NCBI GenBank assembly: GCA_050613775.1
Contig: JBODTK010000101.1
Coordinates: 310,001 to 374,000, forward strand
Reading direction: 5' to 3'
DNA: 64,000 nt
Source of the DNA: Neocallimastix sp. 'constans'
Lineage: Eukaryota
The notes beneath the pieces were generated by a model. The model was not told the origin of the DNA. It made no database searches and saw only the letters and a program-made list of their open reading frames with translations. Positions 42,547 through 59,270 of this stretch are shown one piece after another. Both the position numbers and the translations under genes were made by a program. The first letter of the stretch is position 1. Each line of letters begins with the position of its first letter.

Positions 42547-43181
42547 AATCAATATAATGATAATTTAAAATATAACAATAAACATTTAATTAATTGTTTT
42601 TGATATAAATTGATTTGTAAAATCTAAGAGCAAATAAAATAAAAATAAAGATTATTCATACAAAATAATGAAGTTTAGTTTAAATTTAAGAAAAACTTTT
42701 AAATAAGTTAATTGGAGAAAAGGATAAATTTAATAAAATCATTATAAATTTTTTATTAATTAGAAAGAATTATAAAAATTGTAAAAATAAAAAAATAGGA
42801 AAAGAATATATAATAGAATATTAAAATGTTGTTGAAAAATATTTTTAAAGTTTTACTAAAGTATAAGAATAGATATCTGCAAAAAAGAAAATTTTACTTT
42901 AGAAAAGGAATTTGAGAAGGATAATTTGGAATATACTATCTCTGATTTTGAATACTATTTTATGATGTTCATATTTAAGAAATTAAATGATGATATCTAC
43001 CCTAGGGATAATTTGTTAAATTACTATTACTTATTATTTAAGCTCTCTTTCCCATAATTATTTATTAATGTTAATATTTACTTTAACAAAATATTAAATT
43101 TAAAGGATAATATATATTATTGAATAAAATATTGATTATATATTTATATTAAAATCAAAAAATTACATTGATTAAACATTT

Positions 43182-43228
<47 letters not shown>

Positions 43229-44597
43229 TGAATTATATGATTGATAAACTACAAATTGTATAATCATTTTATTAATGTAAAAAAAATTATACTAATTATA
43301 TATATATATTTTTTATATATATATAATTAAAAAATAATAATAATAATTTTTTTGGATAATATACAAATAATATTTAACTAATAATAATTTAAAAAATCAA
43401 ACAAAAAATTATTGAAATTAAAATTTCTTTTTTTTTTTTTTTTTTTTTTTTTGATGTAATAATATATAATATATTAACTTTTGTATAAATATATAAATAT
43501 AAATTAAAAATTTATAAATATTTATATCATTTAAAATTTATTCAAAGTTTATTTTTTATTATTTAAAAAATTATTTATATACAAAAAATAAAAAAAAGAA
43601 ATAAAAAAATTAAATAAATAAATTACAACACCAATAAAATAAAAAATAATAAAAAAATAATTATTAGAACATGAATACAATTAAAATACAAATACAGATT
43701 GAATAAAATAAAATAAAACAAAATAAAGATATATCTTAAACAAATAACTTTAAAATTTTTTTTCTTTTAATTAATTATATTATTAATAAATTTTAAATTT
43801 TAAATTTTTCTATCTGTAATTCTCTTTTTTTTTTTATTAAATTTATATATTCACTCATTTCTTATATTTTATATTCTCTGTTCTATTTCATAAATGATTT
43901 TAGTTAATGAAAATTTTATATAAAAATATAATGATCATCACAATTATTTAATAATTAATTTAAAAATATTCAATAATTTTATTTTATTTTATTTTTTTAT
44001 TATTATTATTATTAATTGAGCCATTTTTAGTTTCGACATATTTATTATTACAGTATATTAATTATTAATAATATATAAAATTTTCATTATCATGACTGTG
44101 TTAATTCGTTTGTGTATTTTTGTACTAATTTTTTTTTTTATTTTAATTATTCATTCAATTAGTAATAATTGGTATTTGTATAAATCCATATTATATATAA
44201 TATATATATATTATTTAAAATAGATATTATTTACTTTATATTAGATAATATAATACACAGTCATAATACTTTTCAAATATTATTTGGTCGATTAAAAAAA
44301 ATAAATAAAATGAAATAAAGTAAAAGGCTAAACTATAATAATTTATCCTTTTTCTTTTAAATATTATAGTATAGCTACATTATAAGAAGAAAAAAAAAAA
44401 ATTTAAATATCCAATTCAATTAAAGTATTATCAATGCATTTATTGAAATAATAATTAATTTTTCTTTGTCGTCCTTTTTTTTTTTTTTAAATATAATTAA
44501 AATCTTAATAATATTAATTTACATATATAAATATATATAAATTATGATAAATTATATATATATATTATTATTTTTAGTATTATTGTTATTATCATTA

Positions 44598-44642
<45 letters not shown>

Positions 44643-45510
44643 TATTATTATTATTATATTATTAATATAAAATTTTAATATTATTACTGTACATTATTTA
44701 ATATTACTTTTTTTGTATAAATAATAAAATACAATAAAAATATTTTTTTTTCTTTTTCTTTTTTTTTTTTTTAATTAGCAAATAAATGAATATTAAAATT
44801 TTATGTTATAGTTAACTAATAATATGAAAAGTGTAGAAATGAATATTGAAATTTGAAATTATAATAAAGATTACGATTATAAATATTTATATTTAAACCT
44901 TTATAATAATTCTGCTATTGAAGTAATACACATAAAAAAAAAACTCTCCCTGAAAAAAAGAAAATAAATAAAAAAAAGTTAGTTTTTTAAATTAAAGTTA
45001 TATAGATAGTCATACCAAATAAATAAATTTTTTTTTCCTTATTGTCATTATTTTTAAATATATTTTCTAAAATATAAAATATTTTAAATATTCGAATGTA
45101 CTTTAAAATAAATAATTTTTACAAAAATATATATATATATAAACAAGCTTTAAATATAAAAAAGTATAAAATGAAATAAAATGTTACAAAAAAAAAAAAA
45201 AAAAGCATTAAATACACATAAAATAAACAAAAAAATTCAAATTCATGTGTCAATTCATAATAAAATAAATGATAGACTGTACTTTTTTATTTTTATTTTA
45301 GTCATTATTAGTATAAATTTTAATTTTATTGTAAACTTAATATCTAAATTTATGTTTATATTTTACAAATTTGAATTTTGAAAATGTTTAAGATAATTCT
45401 AAATCATTAATTTTAATTTAAAAAAATATATTATTAATTAAAAGTATCTAATGATAATGATAAATGACTATTTTTTTCTCAACATTGTATAATAGACTCA
45501 TTTTACATAT

Positions 45511-46147
45511 ATTATTTATTATTTATTATTTATTATTTATTATTTATTATTTATTATTTATTATTTATTGTTTATTATTTATTATTTATTATTTATTATT
45601 TATTATTTATTATTTATTATTTATTATTTATTATTTATTATTTATTATTTATTATTTATTATTTATTATTTATTATTTATTATTTATTATTTATTATTTA
45701 TTATTTATTATTTATTATTTATTATTTATTATTTATTATTTATTATTTATTATTTATTATTTATTGTTTATTATTTATTATTTATTATTTATTATTTATT
45801 ATTTATTATTTATTATTTATTATTTATTATTTATTATTTATTATTTATTATTTATTATTTATTATTTATTATTTATTATTTATTATTTATTATTTATTAT
45901 TTATTATTTATTATTTATTATTTATTATTTATTATTTATTATTTATTATTTATTATTTATTATTTATTATTTATTATTTATTATTTATTATTTATTATTT
46001 ATTATTTATTATTTATTATTTATTATTTATTATTTATTGTTTATTATTTATTATTTATTATTTATTATTTATTATTTATTATTTATTATTTATTATTTAT
46101 TATTTATTATTTATTATTTATTATTTATTATTTATTATTTATTATTT
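45511..46147. repeat. (TTATTTA)n heptamer satellite, about 90 units
   Basis: Nearly perfect 7-nt periodicity with three A>G variants; it explains the LLFIIYY ORFs. Confidence 0.97.
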
Positions 46148-46170
46148 AATTATTATTATTTAATTATTGG

Positions 46171-46213
<43 letters not shown>

Positions 46214-47969
46214 TTTTAATTTAATTTGATTTTTTAATTAAAATGATTTTTATTTATTTTATATTTAAACTTTATTTTTAATATAAATAAATTTTAATTT
46301 TTTTTTTTAAAAAAAAAGTTTTAATTTTTTTCCAGTAGTTATAATTAATATATTTTACACCTATATTAGAATTAATATTCAATTAATAGGCTAATTAAAA
46401 ATTTAATTAAAATTTTTTAAAAGTAAAAAAAAATAAAATTGATTAAAAAAAAAAAAAAAATAAAATGAACTCAAAAAAAAAAAAAAAAATAAATATTAAA
46501 ATAAAATAAAAAAAGAAAAAAAATAATAATAAAAAAAAAAAAGAAAAGAAAAGAAAAAGAAAAGAAAAAGAAAAGAAAAAAAAGAAAGAAAAATTAATAC
46601 AGAAAATATTAAAGAAAAAAAATATTACGCTTCTTTTTTTTTTGTTAATTAAATTTAAACAATAGTAACTAAAAAAATGAGTATAATAATACAATAATTG
46701 GTATTATCAAAAAAAAAAAAATTGTTTTTCTTTATTGTAATTAAATATAATTATATAAAGTTTTGTAGTATTTATAAATAAAAATAGAAATTAAAAAAAA
46801 AATAACAATATTTCAATAATTAAAACAGTTTCATATAAGTATTGAAAAAAAATAATAATAATAATAATAAATAAAAATAAAATAAAAAATAAGAAAGAAA
46901 AGAAAAGAAAAAAGAACTAATAGTTCAATCATGAATTAAAATTATAATATACCTATTTACTATATATCTAATTTAATAATTATATAATAAAATATAATTA
47001 GTACTAAATTACTAAATCGTTGAATAGTTTCGTTTTTTAGTTTTAATATATTACTTAATATTTGTTCATTTAAATTTCGACTTTTCTTTCTATATTCTTA
47101 CTTAATAATTATTAATTATGACCAAAAAAATTAATTAGTATCAAATGCTTTTTAATCATTTTTAAATTATTAAATTGAAGGAAAAGTTTTTATTTTATTG
47201 TTTATCCTAATTTTTTAATGTTTGTATATATACAATTTTGAAATTTCCTTTTTTTTTTTTTTTTTTTATTATTATTTTCTTAATTTACATAATAAACAGC
47301 GAAAATATATATATATATATATATATAATTACATTCTTAATACCAATCCATTGTAAATAACATAGTAGTACTTAATAATAATATCATTAATAATAATAAT
47401 AATAATAATAATATCAAATACTTCTAGAAAAGTATTTCATTTAATAATCAATTAATAAAAATTAATAAAGTACGTAATATTTTTAATATATATTTTTTAT
47501 ATGAGATAAAAAGTATAAATTAACTGTATTTAATAATAACTGGTTTAAATTTAAATTTAAGAAAAAATATATCAATAATATTGAATAAAATATTAAAAAG
47601 TAGAATAAAATAAAATAAAAAAAAAAAAAAAAAAAAAAGTTAAACCAATAATAACATATAATAAAAATAAAAAATATATATAGCAAAAGGAAAAATATAA
47701 TAATAATAATAATAATAAATAGTAGTAGTAACACATAGATTTTTTTTTATCTAAATAATGATAACAAAAGTAGACATACTATTTAGCATATATGAAAGAA
47801 AATAATAATAAATAAGCTACTAAATCATTAAATGCAATAATTATTTAAAAAAAAATAAAAAAATAAAAAAAATAAAAATAAAAATAAAAAATTGAAAAAT
47901 AAAAAAAATAATATAATAAAAGTAAAAGTAAAATAAAATAAAAAATTATGTTAATAATAATAATTAACA

Positions 47970-49397
47970 ATGAGTGAATATGATTATTATGAAACCGATC
48001 CTTCAAAATATAATTATACCTCATTAGACAATGATTTTATTGGTGGCAAATCCCTCATAATATTAAGTATAGTATTTTTTGCTGTAGTTGTATTAATTGT
48101 ACTAGCAATTTACCTTTTTTCGAAAAAATTAAATAATTTGGAATATGAAGAGAGTAGTGAACAATGTAATAATCCTATAGAAGAAATGGAGCCATTACCT
48201 GAATATGAAGAACGAGAAATACATCCAGATGGTGAAGTAGATTTAACTGATTATATTCAAGAAAATAATACAATAAATACTATACCAAGAGATACAATGG
48301 CCATAATTAATATCTTGAGTAGAAATTCTCAAAGAAATATTCATATTAATGATACTAATACTCATAATAATGGTCTAACTAGAGATAACAATGTAGATGG
48401 TAATCAGATAAATGAAACTGAATTAAACGGTATGATATCTATTCCTTCAACTTCAACGTTACCATTACCTACAACTGAAAGAGAAAATATTCCGAGTATA
48501 CCACCACCTTGTTATGATATTGCTTTGACACAGCCAAGAATCAATAAACAAGGTATGATCGTTCTGCCTCAAGATCCTTCGTTTACTGAAAACTTACCTA
48601 CTCAATTAAGAAATTCTTCATCCCATCATCATGCTTTGAGAAAAGGTCGTCGATATATCAAAAGATTTTTCACCATTCATGAAACGTCTTCTTCATCCAA
48701 TAATAACTATCGTTTTTCAAACCAGTCCTCCTCTCTTCATTCTTTTTCCTCCTATTTAACAAACAATACTTTCAATTCCAATATGAATTCAAATTTAAAT
48801 TCCTTTTCTCCTCAATACAGCAATGATAATAATGATAATATTGATAATAATGAAAATAATAATAATAGTAGTGATATTAGGCCATTAGATATTAATAGAA
48901 GTAGTGGAAGTGATGGATCAAGATCAAGGTCGATTTTGGATCATCTTCATCCTTCACATTCTTCATCAATATCTTCAAGAAGAAAAAGGAGAAATTTTCT
49001 TAGACGTCATAATGCATTAGATAATGCCTCAATTTCATCAGTATCAATTTATCCAACAACGACAATAATTGATGTCCCTGAAGATCATTATAATATTAGT
49101 GGAATTAGTTTTCATGAAGTAAGAAATACTAATATTCCTCAAATAGAAAGAGGTTGCTCATCAACAACTACCGTTATTCCTGGTATAAATGATGTTTCAA
49201 TAACTGTTCAAAGTATTTCATCGGAGGATAATGTCAACTCTACTTCTAGTAATGTGGATACCAATAATATTGATACTCAAGCCACGCAAACAAATTCATT
49301 AGAAGTACTAAATAGTGCAGAAACATGGATAGATGTTGCACAGTCTAACCCATCATTATCAAATAATAACAGTATGATTATTGATTTAAATTCAGTA

Positions 49398-49444
<47 letters not shown>

Positions 49445-49496
49445 TTTAAATCAATTCTCTAACAATAATCATTCCTCAAGTATTCAAAGTAATTAA
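47970..49496 (+). CDS. Single-pass membrane protein with PY motifs (candidate Rsp5/Nedd4 adaptor), intronless, 508 aa
   Basis: Short N-terminus, hydrophobic helix SLIILSIVFFAVVVLIVLAIYLF followed by SKK, then a disordered S/N-rich tail with LPEY and PPPCY. Confidence 0.85.
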
Positions 49497-49624
49497 TATG
49501 TTAACACAAATGCAACAGTATTAAATAGTAACTATCATCAAATAGATATTAATAATGAAGCCACTAATATAGAAATTGGAAATGAAATCAATGCAAGTCA
49601 TGAAATTACTGTAATTTCCTAATA

Positions 49625-49707
<83 letters not shown>

Positions 49708-50151
49708 TAATAATAATAATAATAATAGTACAATTTAATTTAAATATAGGATAGTATAGAAAATATTATTTGTATATGCATGCAATAATTTTTTATATAA
49801 TATAATATATACATATATAAATAAATAAATAAAGCGAGAATAAATTTTAGTTATTTTTGTTTTTATTTATATATATATATATTATTATTATATTTCTTAT
49901 ATATGTTTAAATTTATAAGTAATAATAATAACAGTAATAATAATAGTAATAATTTTGATAATATAATTTTTTATTAAAGTTTTTAAATTATTGATATAGT
50001 ATTTTAAATATAAAATAAAATTTTTATTACATTATGCAATAACAAAATTTATGCATAATATAATAAGTGAAAAACAAAATATTAGTAATAATAATAGTAA
50101 TAATAATATTTATTACTATTATCATTATATAAATATATATATATATATATA

Positions 50152-50187
<36 letters not shown>

Positions 50188-50241
50188 ATTCAATATTAGC
50201 AATAAATTTTTATAGTTTATAATCAATGATAATGCATATAA

Positions 50242-50283
<42 letters not shown>

Positions 50284-50522
50284 TAAATAATAAAAGTAAA
50301 AATAAAGATAAAAATAAAAGATATAAATATAAATTGAATAATAAAAAGATAAAAAAAATATTATTTTTTTATATGAATATATCAATTTTATATTTATAGT
50401 TAAAATAATACAATATAAAGTTAAGCAGATTATTAGTTCTTTTTTTTTTTATACTTTCTTATTTAATATTCTACTATTTATTTTATTTTATTTTATTATT
50501 TAAAAGTAGAAATGGATAGTTG

Positions 50523-50553
<31 letters not shown>

Positions 50554-50979
50554 TTCTTTTTTATTGAAAGTTTATATTGTAAAGTATATAAAAGGTGAAA
50601 AAAATTTAAGATAATAATTATTAGTATTAAAAAAAAAAAAATAGAAATAAAAATAGGAATAGGAACAGAAACAGAAACAGAAACAGAATTTAAAATATAT
50701 TATTATTATGTTAAGAATAAATTATAATGTTATATAATATACAAATAATAATAATATTTATTTAATAAAAATATCAGTGATATTTACAAATACATTTAAA
50801 AAAAAATTTTTTTTTTGTATTCTTTTATTATATATCATTAAATAAATTATATAAATAAATATAACCAATATTTATTTATAAAAAAATATTTTTTGTTTGT
50901 TTTGCTTTTTGTTTTGGAGTTATTTTTATTTTCTTTTTTTGTTTTTTTTTTATTTTTTATCTATATATTTTATAAATTT

Positions 50980-51358
50980 AACGTAATGTACGTCCTTCTT
51001 GGCAAAAATTCAGTATATGAAATCTTAAAAACTGGTTCAGGTGAAAGAAAGCTTTTTATTAATAATATCTTTCAATTACCTTCAAGAGAGTCTTCTTTTC
51101 CGATCTCATATTTTATGGGGCCTACGGAATTCCTTACTAATGTTCCTATTGTGATTTAGTGAATTTAACACAATGATCACTTCGTATATCATTAGACCGT
51201 TGTCAATAGTGTTGATGTCGAAAAGATAAAGCAAAAGAAGAGACTCTGATACAAAATCGAATGATAATTTTTATTCACATGGAGTTATCATCGATAAAGT
51301 TATTATTTATGAACAGGAAGAGTTAGTGACCATTTCGTCATCGAAATTCAAAACATAA
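50980..51358. ncRNA. Candidate structured non-coding RNA, family not identified
   Basis: Isolated GC-richer island with no credible ORF and several nested inverted repeats, e.g. AGAGTCTTCTTTT/AAAAGAAGAGACTCT and TCGAATGATAAT/GTTATCATCGA. Confidence 0.4.
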
Positions 51359-51493
51359 TTTTTTAATATTAATATAAAAAATTTTAATGGATTTTATTTT
51401 CATGTATTTTATTTATTTTTTTTTTTTTTAAATAAATATTATTAAATAAAGTTTATTCCTAGTTTTGAAAATATATTTATATATATATATATA

Positions 51494-51534
<41 letters not shown>

Positions 51535-51604
51535 TAATATGCAATTAATTTCATGTGATGGTAAGTAAATAATTTATTATTAATTTTTCTTCTATTAAAT
51601 TTAT

Positions 51605-51635
<31 letters not shown>

Positions 51636-52059
51636 TTTGTTTGTTTTTTTTTTTTTATTATTTCTGTTTTTATTTTTAGCTTTAGTTTTTGTTTTTGTTT
51701 TGTATAAAATATAAAATTTTGGACATAACTCATATATATTCTTTAATATATAGCATCTTAGGTATTTTTTAGTATTAGTATTTAATTAAAAATTTTTATT
51801 TTAAAATATCAATTTAAATTTTAAAAATTATATTATATGTAATATACATATATATTATTTATTTAAAATTTATTGGCTACTTTATATTATTAGTTAAAAT
51901 ATATAAGATTTTGTAATAATGCCAAATTATTTATCAAATTTTTAAAATGGTAATAAATAAATAAATAGATAAATTAGAAAATAAAAGTTTTTTTATTTTT
52001 TTTTTTTTTATTTATTGAAATATCAGTAAATTTTTATGAAAAAGAGTTATTAAAAAAAA

Positions 52060-56521
<4,462 letters not shown>

Positions 56522-57386
56522 AAAATATTTAAAAATATTTAAATCTATACTTTCTAAATAATTGAATTAAAATTAAAATTAAAAATAAATTAAATTAAAT
56601 TACAATAAAATAAAATAGAATAATAATAAAAAAAAATAAAAAAATAAAAAAAAAAAAAAATAATAATAATAATTTATTTTTATTTAAATATATATTTATA
56701 TATATATATATATTTATTAAATATATTTGATATATCTTAATATACCTACGAAAATAACTAATAATACTTTTATACAGACAGATAATAATATTTAATAATA
56801 ATAATAATTAAATTTATATAAACAATTTATAATTAAATTATAACAATTATATTTAATTTTATATAAATCAACTGTACATTACAGGATCATTTATATGTAT
56901 GAAATATCAAATTATTTTTTTTTTCTGTTTTTTTTTTTTTTATATATTTATTTCTTTTACATCTATAACTTATATCTAAAGAATTATATTTTTCTTTAGA
57001 TTTACCAAATTAAGATATTGTTATTATAGAAATACGTTCATTTCTAATAGAGAAATATTATAATGAAAAAGTATTAAATATCAAAATTCAAATTTAATAA
57101 GTTTTATAATTTTTATAACATGAAAAATTATTTTGGACAATAAATAATAGTATTATGAAACTTTACTTCATTATAATAATTAAAAAAAAAAAAAAAAAAA
57201 AAAAAAGTTAAATAAATAACAATATTATTTTAAGGAAATTCATTACACATCCAACTTTATCAACTTATCATTATTATGAAAAAGTATTTTTATTATAATA
57301 AACTATTACAATAGCTATTATTACTTTTATGTTATTATTATTTTCATTTATTAACGATTTTTATTTTAATATTTCTTTTTATTTAT

Positions 57387-57803
57387 TGTTAGAATATGTG
57401 AAATATATGAAATAAGAGACATATTTATTAAAAACATATTAAATAACTTATTGAAGTATATTTAATACAAAACTACTATCAAAATCAAACCTAAAAATTT
57501 AATAAAAATAACAATAAAAATAATTAAAAATAATCAAAAATCATGTACGATCATTTCATTCACTGATTTCGTTACGTTCTCTCTCTCCTGATCTTGAACT
57601 CTACGCAGTAGCATGCTTTTTGCTCGAATCTCATACAACTTCATTCATATATTAATGCATATTGTAATAAATTAAATGTATAAGCCACAATATAAACATA
57701 TAAATACATGTAAATTTGTAATAGTTTAAATCTTTAGTTAACTTAATAAAATAGTAACTCAAATAACCCTTAAACATAATATATTGATTTAATAATGTTA
57801 ACT
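57387..57803 (+). mobile_element. Solo LTR of the same family as 7381-7616, with a ~175 bp internal insertion
   Basis: Starts TGTTAGAATATGTGAAA and continues ...TAAGCCACAATATAAACATA...GTAACTCAAATAACCCTTAA...GTTAAC, matching the reverse complement of 7381-7616. Confidence 0.85.
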
Positions 57804-57826
57804 TATAAGCTCAAATTTTCTAATAT

Positions 57827-57913
<87 letters not shown>

Positions 57914-58248
57914 TTTGTTTGTTTATTTATTTATTTATTTATTTATTTATTGGTTTATTTATGGGTTTATTTATTGGTTTATTTATTAGGACTACAATCA
58001 AATTATTACAATATTAATAATTATTTTAATTTATAATATAAATATTATAAAATTCGTTTAATTGTCATACTATCATAATAATAATATATTATTAAGTTAA
58101 AATTTATTAAAATAAATATATAAAGATATAAAGAAAAAAAATAGTGTTAAGATTTACTTTTAATATGCACTATTCAATTTTTATTAATTTATTTACTTAT
58201 TTATTTATTTATTTACTTACTTATTTATTTATTTACTTACTTACTTAC

Positions 58249-58283
<35 letters not shown>

Positions 58284-58464
58284 CTTACTTACTTATTTAT
58301 TTATTTATTTATTTATTTGATGTTTAGAATATTCTTCGAAAGAAACTATGATTTTTTTTATATTTTTTTTTAAATTTTTATATTTATATATATATATATA
58401 CAGAATATTTTTTTTATTTTTACCAAGCTCAATGACATCATTTAGATTGATTCTTATTTATTCC

Positions 58465-58671
58465 TCAATACTAATAAATAATTGTTAATTTTTATGTCCT
58501 AAAATATAAAAAAAAAAAAAAAAAAAAAAACGTCTTTTTATTTAAAAAAAAAAAAAAATTACTATCTTCTCAATAGTAAATTTATATGTGCTTTTTTTTT
58601 TCCTAATATTTTAATATACTATTTAGATTTTATCAATACTAATAAATAATTGTTAATTTTTATGTTCTAAA

Positions 58672-58708
<37 letters not shown>

Positions 58709-58780
58709 ACTATTTTCTCAATAGTAAATTTATATGTGTTTTTTTTTTTTTTTCCTAATATTTTAATATACTATTTAGAT
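58465..58780. repeat. Tandem duplication of a ~165 bp unit (2 copies)
   Basis: TCAATACTAATAAATAATTGTTAATTTTTATG...TCTCAATAGTAAATTTATATGTG...CCTAATATTTTAATATACTATTTAGAT occurs twice. Confidence 0.85.
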
Positions 58781-59230
58781 ATTATCATTATATAAGTATA
58801 TATATAAAGTATTTCAATATTTAAATATGATAAATGATAATAATAACATTAAAAAACAAATCATAGTTAAAAATTCATATATGAATAATATGAATAATAA
58901 TAATTATATATTAATATAAAAAAAATAATAATAATAAGCAAAATATTTAGATTTAAACACAAAATTATTTAAAATTATTCATTCTAGTGGTTACTTATAA
59001 AAATGTTTGGAAAATATGAAGAAAAAGTCCAAATACTGAATAATTTTTATGACTGGAAAAGAGACATTTGATATGTTATAAATTAAATATCTTACATAAT
59101 TATAACAATAACTATGACAATAATATTTATATACATGCATTATACCAAAAGATTTATAAATGGTTTTAATTTTTAAATATAAAAAAAAAAAAAAAAAAAA
59201 AAAAATACTAAAAGTATAATTAATAATAAA

Positions 59231-59270
<40 letters not shown>

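Larger units (their letters stand above)
38950..43057 (+). mobile_element. Endogenous viral element, CRESS-DNA-virus-like, decayed, all ORFs on the + strand
   Basis: About 4.1 kb of intronless, coding-like sequence without the long microsatellites of the flanks. It carries tightly packed broken ORFs and a Rep-type SF3 helicase ORF. Boundaries are approximate. Confidence 0.7.

Noticed and set aside
45464..46219. 251-aa and 193-aa LLFIIYY-repeat ORFs
   Set aside because: Stop-free translation of a 7-nt satellite.
50893..51159. 88-aa ORF
   Set aside because: TTG start in a T-rich tract, covers only half of the GC-richer island, and has no recognisable motif.
58985..59165. Coding-like fragment MFGKYEEKVQILNNFYDWKRDI*
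   Set aside because: Too short and stop-ridden to assign.
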